A program made the translations under genes and the position numbers. The notes beneath the pieces are model-generated. The model was not told the origin of the DNA and did not search any database. It saw only the letters and a list, made by a program, of their open reading frames with translations. From positions 5,378 to 69,377 of the forward strand of contig CAXHJY010000119.1 of the NCBI GenBank assembly GCA_964016885.1: 64,000 nucleotides of DNA, read 5' to 3'. Positions 1 to 20,489 of the stretch are shown one piece after another. Origin of the DNA: Eledone cirrhosa. Taxonomy: Eukaryota. Position 1 is the stretch's first letter. Every line of letters begins with the position of its first letter.

Positions 1-4487
<4,487 letters not shown>

Positions 4488-4668
4488 TAGATAAATCTAC
4501 CAAGAGTTTACGGTAGTGTCCAATCCGTATGAAGAACTCAATGTATTCCGGATATCATGGAAAGAAGAGATGTAATGAAAATCCAATTTCGGTGAAAGAT
4601 AAACGGTATACAGAGTCAAGATAAAATAAATAATGAACAAACAATTCCTTATATTAAACAAAAAAAGT

Positions 4669-4821
4669 TCACTATTTAACGATCGTTTCTAGGGCATATA
4701 TGTGCTATAATTGGTATGCATATTTAACAGATCTATGTACAAAATTATACAAAATTATACAAATTATCAAGATTAAATATACATACCTAACTCATATATA
4801 CGCCGTCTTCAGAAATAATGA
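4669..4821 (-). ncRNA. Type I hammerhead ribozyme with very long stem II (left-arm copy)
   Basis: Reverse complement of the 11381-11533 motif. Confidence 0.7.
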
Positions 4822-5591
4822 AGTATATTTATTGATAATAACAACAATTCAAAATATCAGTTCAAAATTGACCAATGAAAACACAAAGGGTTAAAAAGCA
4901 GTTTGGTGTGTGTATATACATGTAAAACCCTACACACATTTTACAATAATGTGTGTATAATATGTATGTGCATACTAAAAAGATGGATGCAAATAAAAAA
5001 TTTCAAGGTTAATATCTCTGTAAGCTTAATGCGCTGATAAGATACGCAATGATACTTATGTAGTCAAGCATATAAATATATTTTTTCTTCATACTCACAC
5101 ATATCAGTATAATCACACATACATGTGCGTATATATATAAATATACACATAACCACGAACACACAAACACACACACACCCCCCACTCACATTTATATATG
5201 TGGATATAAAATCATAAGCAAATAGAAATTAAGTCACTCACATAAACACACTGATACACACATTTCAAGATCAAGATACAGAAATTAGGTGGGAGGGGGG
5301 GGGAGGGGTCAGTATTAGGTTGTCAGACCAGACAGCCTAATATAAATGTATCTATAAATTATGAAAAATAAAAAAATAAAAACAATAAAATATATTACAT
5401 AATATAATGTACATACGCATACAGATATACATACACATACGTACATGTACGCGCACATAGAGATATCTACACATACATAGATACACACATACCTATAGTG
5501 TCCTACACACACATACATTTACACGAACATACACATACACATATAAAAAGATAAAAATACGGACACACACACGCGCAACACATACACACAT

Positions 5592-5640
<49 letters not shown>

Positions 5641-5750
5641 TATACACACACACACATAGACTCATATATATACACATACACATACATATACTTATACATA
5701 AACATATATATCCCACACTCATACCACCATGAAAACACATACAAACATCC

Positions 5751-5789
<39 letters not shown>

Positions 5790-6027
5790 TATGTATACAT
5801 ATAAACATACACACACGTACACATATATGCACATATACATACACATATACACACACACACATACACATATATATATACACACACACATAAAATACAGACA
5901 TGCACATATATATATATATATATATATATATACATTTCATTACCTTTATATATACACATAGTATATATACATACACAACCTCACTTATACACATATACAC
6001 ATAAGTTATATTACAATAATAATAAAG

Positions 6028-6064
<37 letters not shown>

Positions 6065-6203
6065 TATACACACATATACACATATATATACATACACATA
6101 CATATACATACATACATACACATACATACATACACCTAAATATAAACATATATAAATACACACATACGAATAAAGACATATATTCACACATAGACACCTA
6201 TAT

Positions 6204-6246
<43 letters not shown>

Positions 6247-6799
6247 TACCTATATACACACACATACACATACACACACATATACATATATATATATACA
6301 CACATATACACACGCACACACATACAGACACACATACACACTCACACATATATATATATATATATATATATGTGTGTATGTGAGTGTGCGCAAATACACA
6401 CATATATATACACACACACACATATAAACACACACAAACACGTACATATGCATACATGCACACACACACACATATATCACATAGATACGAAGATAAACAT
6501 ATAAATAGAGAGACATACAAATATATACAGAACCCATATACACATACATGCAAACACGCATATACATATATACATATATACACACATATATATTCCTATA
6601 TACAAGCATACACATACGCACACATATATACATATACCTACACATATATATACACCACACATTCACATACACGTACATATATAATACATATATATACATA
6701 CATATACATACATATGTATGTACAATCATATATACACACTCAATCTTACATTCATATTTACATGCTCATATATGTATTTTTATATCTAGAAATAAATAC

Positions 6800-6839
<40 letters not shown>

Positions 6840-8100
6840 ATATAGACACCCATCTACCCATATATTCATACATATACACTTACAAAAACAGATGATAATA
6901 GTATGGGGGAAAGGGGGGGGTTTGGAGAAGGGGATCAAAGTAAATATATGTTTCAAGAAACCTATAATATTTTCCATATCTTAATTCAATGTATGTTCTT
7001 ACATATTTTCAATGCTAGGAAATACGAAATCTATGCATCACAAAATAAAAAAGTATACCATTAATCATATGTCAACTAAATCAAAGATAGTCAACATATT
7101 GATTTCCAAGGTGTAAATTAGTTAGGTTTATAATATTTGAAGCAGAATTATGAAGTCAAACAGTAGTAAATTATTAATTACATTATACCTAAATTAAAGT
7201 TAATAATAGGGAAAAGAAACCCAAATAAAAATAAAATAAAGTATTACATCGGTAGTAGCATATAAATTATATGTAAACTAAGTTAAAAATTATATATTTA
7301 TTTCAATAGTATATGTTAATTAGTATATGTTAATTAGGTATACAATACATAAAGCAGATATTGTATTTCATCAATAGCATAATATAATTATATGCAAATA
7401 AAAATCAAAATTAATACGCATACACATACATATACATACACATACACATACATATACATATACATACACATATATATATATATATATACATATATATACA
7501 CACGTACATACATATATAGTCACATAAATATACATACAGATACACATACAATACACACATATATACATATACATATAGATATACATATCTTTTTCAAAAA
7601 ATTTGCACAGAATATATTAACTAGGTATATATCCAAAAACACCTCCCATTCTATGATTACATGAAATTCTGCAATTCGTCTGTACAAGGATACTAATTTT
7701 AAGCTAATTAAAATTAAAATTAAAGTTTTAGGTTGATTAAAGCTAAAACCAAATAATAAATATATTTCCAAAATGTATATTAATTAGGTCAATAATACTA
7801 AAAATTCTTTCTCCGTCATAGGATACATGATATTATTTTGTTATATTTTATCTGTAAAAGAATTATAATAAAAAAAATTTTATAATAAAAGGTTAAACTA
7901 AATTAAAAAATTATAATAAAAGGTTAAAATAAGTTAAAATTAATCTATAAATTAAATTACTGAATATATATTAGTAATATTTAAAGGTTTTTCAAAATTA
8001 ATGATTACATAATATTTTCTCATCTGTAATAAAATATTAATTAAATTAAATTTATAGGTTAACTAACATTTAAATTAAATTAAATTCTAGAATAATGTTA

Positions 8101-8486
8101 TTAATTAGGTTTATAATATTTAAATGTTTTTTTTAGTTTATGATTACACGATATAATTAATTCTGTCTTTTATTTAATAAGATATCCCTAGACTTCATTA
8201 TTTCAAATAGTTCTTGGGAACATAATCTACATTCCTTTCTATTATTTTGATAAGGGGTGGCTCTTTTGAGCACACTCCAGGTCAAATCATATTTTATATT
8301 TTTATTTTTATAACTATTGATTTTTTCTGCTAGAGATGTTGTATTAGCCAGTGCGGCATTTTTAAAGCTATGTTTGTGGGTATTATACCTTGTCTTAAAA
8401 TTGTTAGAGGTAGCTCCTATATATGAGCAAATAGAATCTTTAGTTTTAACATTACATTTATAGACTATGTTGTTAACAAGACAATT
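8101..8486 (-). pseudogene. PLE GIY-YIG endonuclease C-terminal fragment (frameshift near 8165)
   Basis: Manual translation NCLVNNIVYKCNV..SYIGATSNNFKTRYNTHKHSF..WSVLKRATPY..CRLCSQELFEI..LLNKR/ELIISCNHK; absent from the ORF track. Confidence 0.85.
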
Positions 8487-9362
8487 TTAATTTTAATTAG
8501 CTTAAAATTAGTATCCTTGTACAGACGAATTGCAGAATTTCATGTAATCATAGAATGGGAGGTGTTTTTGGATATATACCTAGTTAATATATTCTGTGCA
8601 AATTTTTTGAAAAAGATATGTATATCTATATGTATATGTATATATGTGTGTATTGTATGTGTATCTGTATGTATATTTATGTGACTATATATGTATGTAC
8701 GTGTGTATATATATGTATATATATATATATATATGTGTATGTATATGTATATGTATGTGTATGTGTATGTATATGTATGTGTATGCGTATTAATTTTGAT
8801 TTTTATTTGCATATAATTATATTATGCTATTGATGAAATACAATATCTGCTTTATGTATTGTATACCTAATTAACATATACTAATTAACATATACTATTG
8901 AAATAAATATATAATTTTTAACTTAGTTTACATATAATTTATATGCTACTACCGATGTAATACTTTATTTTATTTTTATTTGGGTTTCTTTTCCCTATTA
9001 TTAACTTTAATTAGGTATAATGTAATTAATAATTTACTACTGTTTGACTTCATAATTCTGCTTCAAATATTATAAACCTAACTAATTTACACCTTGGAAA
9101 TCAATATGTTGACTATCTTTGATTTAGTTGACATATGATTAATGTATACTTTTTTATTTTGTGATGCATAGATTTCGTATTTCCTAGCATTGAAAATATG
9201 TAAGAACATACATTGAATTAAGATATGGAAAATATTATAGGTTTCTTGAAACATATATTTACTTTGATCCCCTTCTCCAAACCCCCCCCTTTCCCCCATA
9301 CTATTATCATCTGTTTTTGTAAGTGTATATGTATGAATATATGGGTAGATGGGTGTCTATAT

Positions 9363-9399
<37 letters not shown>

Positions 9400-9952
9400 G
9401 TATTTATTTCTAGATATAAAAATACATATATGAGCATGTAAATATGAATGTAAGATTGAGTGTGTATATATGATTGTACATACATATGTATGTATATGTA
9501 TGTATATATATGTATTATATATGTACGTGTATGTGAATGTGTGGTGTATATATATGTGTAGGTATATGTATATATGTGTGCGTATGTGTATGCTTGTATA
9601 TAGGAATATATATGTGTGTATATATGTATATATGTATATGCGTGTTTGCATGTATGTGTATATGGGTTCTGTATATATTTGTATGTCTCTCTATTTATAT
9701 GTTTATCTTCGTATCTATGTGATATATGTGTGTGTGTGTGCATGTATGCATATGTACGTGTTTGTGTGTGTTTATATGTGTGTGTGTGTATATATATGTG
9801 TGTATTTGCGCACACTCACATACACACATATATATATATATATATATATATGTGTGAGTGTGTATGTGTGTCTGTATGTGTGTGCGTGTGTATATGTGTG
9901 TATATATATATATGTATATGTGTGTGTATGTGTATGTGTGTGTATATAGGTA

Positions 9953-9995
<43 letters not shown>

Positions 9996-10134
9996 ATATA
10001 GGTGTCTATGTGTGAATATATGTCTTTATTCGTATGTGTGTATTTATATATGTTTATATTTAGGTGTATGTATGTATGTGTATGTATGTATGTATATGTA
10101 TGTGTATGTATATATATGTGTATATGTGTGTATA

Positions 10135-10171
<37 letters not shown>

Positions 10172-10561
10172 CTTTATTATTATTGTAATATAACTTATGT
10201 GTATATGTGTATAAGTGAGGTTGTGTATGTATATATACTATGTGTATATATAAAGGTAATGAAATGTATATATATATATATATATATATATATGTGCATG
10301 TCTGTATTTTATGTGTGTGTGTATATATATATGTGTATGTGTGTGTGTGTATATGTGTATGTATATGTGCATATATGTGTACGTGTGTGTATGTTTATAT
10401 GTATACATATATATGTATATATATATATATATATATATAGTATATATATCTGGATGTTTGTATGTGTTTTCATGGTGGTATGAGTGTGGGATATATATGT
10501 TTATGTATAAGTATATGTATGTGTATGTGTATATATATGAGTCTATGTGTGTGTGTGTATA

Positions 10562-10612
<51 letters not shown>

Positions 10613-11380
10613 ATGTGTGTATGTGTTGCGCGTGTGTGTGTCCGTATTTTTATCTTTTTATATGTGTATGTGTATGTTCGTGTAAATGTATGTGTGTGTA
10701 GGACACTATAGGTATGTGTGTATCTATGTATGTGTAGATATCTCTATGTGCGCGTACATGTACGTATGTGTATGTATATCTGTATGCGTATGTACATTAT
10801 ATTATGTAATATATTTTATTGTTTTTATTTTTTATTTTTCATAATTTATAGATACATTTATATTAGGCTGTCTGTCTGACAACCTAATACTGACCCCTCC
10901 CCCCCCCTCCCACCTAATTTCTGTATCTTGATCTTGAAATGTGTGTATCAGTGTGTTTATGTGAGTGACTTAATTTCTATTTGCTTATGATTTTATATCC
11001 ACATATATAAATGTGAGTGGGGGGTGTGTGTGTGTTTGTGTGTTCGTGGTTATGTGTATATTTATATATATACGCACATGTATGTGTGATTATACTGATA
11101 TGTGTGAGTATGAAGAAAAAATATATTTATATGCTTGACTACATAAGTATCATTGCGTATCTTATCAGCGCATTAAGCTTACAGAGATATTAACCTTGAA
11201 ATTTTTTATTTGCATCCATCTTTTTAGTATGCACATACATATTATACACACATTATTGTAAAATGTGTGTAGGGTTTTACATGTATATACACACACCAAA
11301 CTGCTTTTTAACCCTTTGTGTTTTCATTGGTCAATTTTGAACTGATATTTTGAATTGTTGTTATTATCAATAAATATACT

Positions 11381-11533
11381 TCATTATTTCTGAAGACGGC
11401 GTATATATGAGTTAGGTATGTATATTTAATCTTGATAATTTGTATAATTTTGTATAATTTTGTACATAGATCTGTTAAATATGCATACCAATTATAGCAC
11501 ATATATGCCCTAGAAACGATCGTTAAATAGTGA
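11381..11533 (+). ncRNA. Type I hammerhead ribozyme with very long stem II (right-arm copy)
   Basis: tcattattt-CTGAAGA-[116-nt hairpin]-GAAA-CGATCG-TT-aaatagtga; 9-bp stem I; palindromic stem III ACGATCGT; predicted GUU site at 11524. Confidence 0.72.
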
Positions 11534-11577
11534 ACTTTTTTTGTTTAATATAAGGAATTGTTTGTTCATTATTTATT

Positions 11578-14063
<2,486 letters not shown>

Positions 14064-15160
14064 TCCAAGTTTCTCATCAACCGTGTCCCGCATGTGCAAC
14101 CCCAAAGAACTAGAAAGACACATACAACACTTCATCCACCGTATGCAGTTCTCTGGTTACAATCAGAGAGATAAGATCAGAGTATATAGAGGAGCCAGAA
14201 CCAAATGGGAAAAAATGGTAAATAATGATACAAATGGGACCTGCCCCTCGTACAGGAGCAAATTTTGGAATAGAATAGAAAGAACTAGGAATAAGGTTAA
14301 TAGAATAAACTCATGGTATGATAGTAGAAAGACCAGGTACCTCCATAAAAATACTTATTAGCAATACATACCGTTTTCAAAGACCTCCCTGTATAGACAA
14401 GAAATGTATAAACTGTAAAATAAGCCCCCATATTAACTGTAAAACTAGAAATGTAGTATATAGCATAAGATGTACTGATGGACAATGTAGAGATAAGAAT
14501 ATAGTGTAATATAGGTGAGACAGCTCGTAGTATAGGAGAACGGATAAATGAACACTGGCGAGAGCTTCAAGATAGTAAAGAATCATCTGTACTCTGCCAA
14601 CATGCTAAAATAGAACATAAGGGTAAATTAAAGAACATAGAAATAAAAATCGAATCTACACACAGAAAAGACGCAATGTTTAGACAAATCACAGAGGCAA
14701 TAAACATAAATGAACTCCAACCAAAATTAAATAGAAAGCATGAATGGAATAGCAACATCACAACTTACAAGTAAGGACAAAATGAAAACACACACACACT
14801 TAGAACAAACAACCAACCAGTAACATGTAAATAAACAAATAAATAAACAAATAGAAATACACACATGTAACACATGCGCAAACTAAGCACACAACACACA
14901 CAAAAACAAGATGGCGTAGGACAGAACAAAGGAGAGGCACAAAAACAAAGAAAAGAATCCCCAGTCACTGAAGAGGTCACAGAATGTGTGACGAAAGAAC
15001 TTTGACAATATATGAACAATCGTCTGGTTGTGGAACCAACCAACCAATCGGAAATTTATAAATTCCTAAATTTATAAATTTAATTTATTATAAATTGAAG
15101 TGAAAGCAACTGGTGCGTGTGTTTCTTATTGGCAACATGACCCTCCCAAAGTATAACATA
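14064..15160 (+). mobile_element. 5'-truncated Penelope-like element (RT thumb, Cys linker, GIY-YIG, 3' UTR with HHR)
   Basis: [26 protein letters not shown]; PCIDKKCINC..NCKTRNVVYSIRC; IGETARSIGERINEH; LNRKHEW; contains stops and a deletion. Confidence 0.88.
14964..15006 (+). ncRNA. Minimal type I hammerhead in PLE 3' UTR
   Basis: gtca-CTGAAGA-g-gtcac..gtgac-GAAA-gaac-TT-tgac. Confidence 0.6.
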
Positions 15161-15519
15161 TATATATATATATATTAGTTTTGCGAGGTCTTTGATATGA
15201 AATCGTGTGTCGAAACAAATATTGTTATACTTGGGGAGGGTCATATTTTTGTAATATTGCCAGAATTAATAACAGAACACACTTACTGTTTGGTTGGTTT
15301 TCGCTTTTCACTTCTGTGTCTTGTATCTCGGTAATCTAATTTATTCGGTCCGCAATGTTGCCATTGACTGACCAACGGTCAAAAATACAGATACAATATA
15401 GACACAAACACATATATAAAGGAACCATCGACTTTTCGTCAAATCGGACCGAGGAAACAATGTTTCCGTTGGTCTTTCCAATTGCTAATACTATCTATCG
15501 GTCGCAATTCCAGGTAGAA

Positions 15520-15640
15520 GGAGCAACGTGAAATAAAGTATCTTGCTCAAGGACATAACGCATCGCCTGGTCCAGGAATCGAACTCACAACCTCACGATT
15601 GCGAATCCAATTCTCTAACCACTCAGCCACACGCCTTCAC
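15520..15640 (-). mobile_element. tRNA-derived SINE fragment (same family as 59927-60070)
   Basis: Reverse complement reads ggcgtgtggctgagtggttagag..gtgagttcgattcc (Pol III A/B boxes) then ccttgagcaagatactttatttcacgttgctcc. Confidence 0.75.
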
Positions 15641-15649
15641 ATATATATA

Positions 15650-18600
15650 GTTTATCAAAGTTCTTTCGTTGCACATCTACAGCATCGTCAGTGGTGCTAT
15701 GTTTCCTTCCGTTGCATTGTATTTTCTACGCCATCTTTATTTAGTCTGTTTATATATTTATTTATTTGTTTATTTTATTTTGTCTTCTTTGCGCATGCGT
15801 TTGCGTGTGTGTATAGTGTTTTGTTTGATGTGTGTTCGTGATTGGATGGCTGTGTATCGGTTAATGTATTCTATCTTTACTAGTGTGTGTTTATATGTGT
15901 TTGTTGTTATTGTGCTTGTGTATGTATTTATTTATTTATTTATTTATTTATACTTCTCTTAGGTCAGTGTTGTTTGTTTGGGTGTTGTTGTTATTCCATT
16001 CATTTTTTCTGTTTAGCCTTGGCCTTCTAAGTTCTATTTCACTGGTCTTTCTGATTTGCCTATCTGCTGGGTCATTTCTATGTTTAGATATTATTCTAAT
16101 TTCTATGTTGTCTATGTTACCGTCGTGTTGTTGTCTGCATGTTCGTATAGTACTGAAACCGTTTTTTCGTCTTTTTAGTTCCCCCCAGTGTTGGTCTATC
16201 CTTTCACCTATGCTACGAGCTCTCTCGCCTATGTATGTTGTTGTCATGTTTCTGCAAGTACCCTCTGTACATCTTATGCTATTGACTACGTTTCTAGTTT
16301 TACAGTTTATCCGGGGTTTACTCTACATATGATACATTTCCTATTAGTACAGTGGGTTTTCTTAAAAGGGTAGGTTTTGCTGATCAGGGATTTTTATGGT
16401 GGTTCCTGGCTTTTCTACCACCTTAATCTTTAAGTGGGTCTTTCTCAGGGCCTTTCTACATTGGTTAGCTAATTTCCCTCCAGGGGTAGCGCCCACAAAC
16501 ATGACACTCTGGTATCTCTGGTTGTCGTACCATGAGGTGTTTTTCCTTATCTTATGTCTAGCCCTATCTAAGCTATTCCATGATTTGCTCCTGTATAAAG
16601 GGCAAATTCCTTTCATGTCCAGTTCTATGAGGGTCTTATACTTCTCCGTGGCTCCTTCGTATACTCTGATTCTGTCTCTTTGGTTGTAGCCAGAGAACTG
16701 CATGCGGTTGATGAAGTGTTGGATGTGTCTTTCCATTTCTGTTGGGTCGCACATGCGGGACACGTTCTTCATCACTCGTTCCAAGTCTGCGATCAGAATA
16801 TTAAACTTAGCACTACTGGACATTGCTGAGTTTTTGAATATCAGGTATTTGGAGGCCATGGGTGAGTGGAGAATTTGGGCTCTCTCATCTATAGTGTTAA
16901 TCCAGAGTTCCGTGTCTAATACAGGTAGTCTATTGTTAGGGTGTTTGGAAGGGTAGTCGAGAGTTACAGTTATACTCTGGTGTATGGAATTAGCTATCTG
17001 CTGGATGCTTTCCATTGTGCTACGTTCTAAATCAAACTTGTTAGTGCTCTCTTGTGGAGATGTTCTTATAACTATATTGATATCGTCTACGTAACGAGAG
17101 TACATGATGAGGTCTATGGAGCTCTTATTAAGGAGATCTTTAAGTCTCCTTTCCCACCATACCATAAAAAGGTTGGCAACGTCACCAGCTATGCTGACGC
17201 CAATGGCTGCTCCTTCATTTTGGGTGTAGATCTTCTCGTTGAACTTGAATATGTGGCCCTTTAGGCTAGTTTTGATACTAGCCCCTATTGCATGTGCGAC
17301 CATTTTTCTTACCTGATCATTGTTTTGGGGTGTCCGTATAGCTTTGGTCCACCCAATCAACCTTCCCATGGGAGTCTTTTTAGCCATTGATGTTATGGTG
17401 GGGTGGGGTCTACCTCTTATGGGTCTACTGGGGCAGAAACGTCTAAGGTTATGGCTGTCTAGGTAGTCAGTGTCGTAGGTAAGTCTAAGTAGGAGGTCCA
17501 GTTCGTCTGTGTCGACGTCGCAGAACTCCACCTCACTCTCAATGATCATCTCCACACATTTTTCCACAGCAAAATCAATGTTATTGGATGGGTACAGTGA
17601 TACTACATCCATGCTGCCTATTATGCAGTTGGATAGGTTCCTGTTTTGTTGCACTCACTGATTCTGCTGAGGAGGTCCTCTGTACTGTCACATACATCTG
17701 AGGACATCTTGATTATGGGGCGTATAACCATTGAGAGGAAGTAGGAGATCCTGTAGTTGTTAGCTATATTTACTCCGGATACGGGTCTTGTTGGTGGTCC
17801 TGTTGTCGGGTCGTCGACTTTCTTGTGGTCTTTGCGGAGTCCATACAAGGGTGGTATGCCATTGTTAGACGCCTGGAAGTTGTTGGCAGTGCGTCTGCTT
17901 GGCTTTAGGATGTCGGTCCACATCATCATGTGAGCGTTGAGGATTTTCTCTCTCCCATCATGTATTTGCTGTGCAATTTCGCTCGTGTTGGTGATGTGGG
18001 GTTGCATAGCCTTGATGTAGTTCGGCATGCTATCTATTGACATCTTACTAGACTTATCCGTGGGTAGACATACTACCTCACCATCCCTTGTGCGCTGCTT
18101 GAGGCTAACCAAGCCTTCTACAGGTTTCCTCCAAGTTGTTGGGCCTCTGGTCGGCTGTCTCTTAGTATACCGGTATACTATTTGTCTAATCTTATTTCTA
18201 GCTATGGTGAACTGTGCCTCTGTCTCGTCATCTATTTGATGTGGTATGCAAACTCTTTTATTAAAGGGTAACCTCGTAGGATAGATATTACCCATCTTAT
18301 ATGTGGGTTGAAGAATAGTTTCTCTAAGGGGTTGTCATTATATTTATCGTCATAGTTGTGTGTGTTGCTATTATTGTTATTATGGTGGTTGTTGTTGTTC
18401 CTATCATTAGCATTATTATTATTGTCATGATTGCTAGATGTATTGTTGCTGTGATTGTTAGATGTATCGTTGTTATGATTGCTACATGTATTGTTGCTGT
18501 GATTGTTGTTTTCTTCACCGTTATTGTTGTTGTTACTGTATTTCTACCGTTGTGGTTGTTACTTTTATTATGTTTCTTGTTTTTGTTGTGTCTATCATTA

Positions 18601-18719
18601 ATGTTGCTACATGTATTATTTTCTATTATTACCACTGTGGTTGTTGTTGTTGTTGTTATTTGTATTGTTATCGTTATTACTACTGTGGGCGCTGCTGCTG
18701 TGTCGGTAGTTAATGTTTC

Positions 18720-18753
<34 letters not shown>

Positions 18754-18760
18754 GTGGTTG
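15650..18760 (-). mobile_element. Penelope-like element, frameshifted RT + GIY-YIG ORF with Asn-rich N-terminal linker
   Basis: ORFs 17621-18295 (PTDKSSKM, PPLYGLRKDHK, PTRPV), 16362-17654 (SMDVVSLYPS, QNEGAAIG, RYVDD), 15948-16247 (YIGERARSIGERIDQH, LNRKNEW); (AAT/AAC)-rich 18325-18760. Confidence 0.93.
15654..15695 (-). ncRNA. Minimal type I hammerhead in 3' UTR of the minus-strand PLE
   Basis: Reverse complement: acca-CTGACGA-tgc..gca-ac-GAAA-gaac-TT-tgat; homologous to 14964-15006. Confidence 0.55.
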
Positions 18761-18764
18761 TCGT

Positions 18765-19040
18765 TATATACATATGCATATATATATATGAATATATATA
18801 TATATATATATATATGCATATATATATATATATATATGCATATATATATATATATATATATGCATATATATATATATATATGCATATATATATATATATA
18901 TATATATGCATATATATATATATATATATATATATGCATATATATATATATGCATATATATATATATATATATATGCATATATATATATATATATGCATA
19001 TATATATATATATATATATGCATATATATATATATATATA

Positions 19041-19082
<42 letters not shown>

Positions 19083-19102
19083 TATATATATATATATATA
19101 TA

Positions 19103-19148
<46 letters not shown>

Positions 19149-19170
19149 TATATATATATATATATATCTA

Positions 19171-19220
<50 letters not shown>
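18765..19220. repeat. (TA)n tract with GC interruptions (TATGCATA)
   Basis: Directly visible. Confidence 0.95.
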
Positions 19221-19224
<4 letters not shown>

Positions 19225-19457
19225 TTAGAAACACACAGATGCATGTGGACACACACATATATACATGAATGCATCCGCACCCAACTGTGAGTTAAGGGTG
19301 CCAACTTCACCGATGTTGCTCAATGAATGACTGGGACAGACCAATTCAGTTGAACTAGACTGAACCAGTATCAGAGTTAAAAATACATTATGAAGAGAGA
19401 AGAAACATTTAGATATAATTAGTAATAAAATGTATCATACCTAAACTGCTCCTAAAT

Positions 19458-19547
19458 TCCTCGACTACGTAGTTTCGTGGCATAAACAAAAACAATATAT
19501 CATAAAGATATAGAGTCCTTGCGAGGTCTGCCGACTTATCAAGAGGA
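19458..19547 (-). ncRNA. Type I hammerhead, U3-A8 core variant, branched stem II
   Basis: Reverse complement: tcctc-TTGATAA-gtcggca..tgccac-GAAA-CTACGTAG-TC-gagga. Confidence 0.72.
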
Positions 19548-20052
19548 TACCTCATTTTACTAGTCTCAAGAACGCGTCTACACGACGTGAGAAAGAATCC
19601 CAAAAGGCGGAGGGGGAGATAGTCACGCGATATAACGGTCGAGAAACAGAGCTAAGCCTCTTATAACCTCGAAGAAAATACCACGGAGGCGGAGGGGGTA
19701 TTTATATCGAGGCCGCAGAAGAGGTGGTGAAGAAGGCGAGAAGTATGAGTAATGGAAGCTTACCAGCTGTCCCCACACTTCAAAGATTGCTCGACCAGAG
19801 GGAGTTATTAACAATATATTTAGAAACAGACAGATACATGTGGACACACACATATATACATGAATGCATCCGCACCCAACTGTGAGTTAAGGGTGCCAAC
19901 TTCACCGATGTTGCTCAATGAATGACTGGGACAGACCAATTCAGTTGAACTAGACTGAACCAGTATCAGAGTTAAAAATACATTATGAAGAGAGAAGAAA
20001 CATTTAGATATAATTAGTAATAAAATGTATCATACCTAAACTGCTCCTAAAT

Positions 20053-20142
20053 TCCTCGACTACGTAGTTTCGTGGCATAAACAAAAACAATATATCATAA
20101 AGATATAGAGTCCTTGCGAGGTCTGCCGACTTATCAAGAGGA
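20053..20142 (-). ncRNA. Second copy of the U3-A8 hammerhead
   Basis: Same sequence as 19458-19547. Confidence 0.72.
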
Positions 20143-20489
20143 TACCTCATTTTACTAGTCTCAAGAACGCGTCTACACGACGTGAGAAAGAATCCCAAAA
20201 GGCGGAGGGGGAGATAGTCACGCGATATAACGGTCGAGAAACAGAGCTAAGCCTCTTATAACCTCGAAGAAAATACCACGGAGGCGGAGGGGGTATTTAT
20301 ATCGAGAAAAACTCCGCCTAACATGTGATTTCACATATATGCATATATATATATATATATGCATATATATACATATACATGCATATATATACATATGCAT
20401 ATATACATATATATGCATATATGTATATATATATATATATGCATATACATACATATATATGCATATATATGTGTGTGTGTGTGTGTGTA

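Larger units (their letters stand above)
19217..20304 (-). mobile_element. 595-bp tandem unit (~1.8 copies) carrying a hammerhead; candidate retrozyme or PLE pseudo-LTR
   Basis: Identical ORFs at 19409 and 20004 (offset 595); one HHR per copy; flanked by microsatellite. Confidence 0.7.

Noticed and set aside
6840-8480. Mitochondrial insertion (control-region/tRNA-like AT-rich DNA)
   Set aside because: No tRNA cloverleaf, rRNA or mitochondrial protein recognised; the coding part translates as a PLE GIY-YIG domain
15330-15452. Possible hammerhead on the minus strand (tcggtccg..TTGACGA..GCAA..cggaccga)
   Set aside because: The 8-bp closing stem is real, but the core has several deviations and no NUH site
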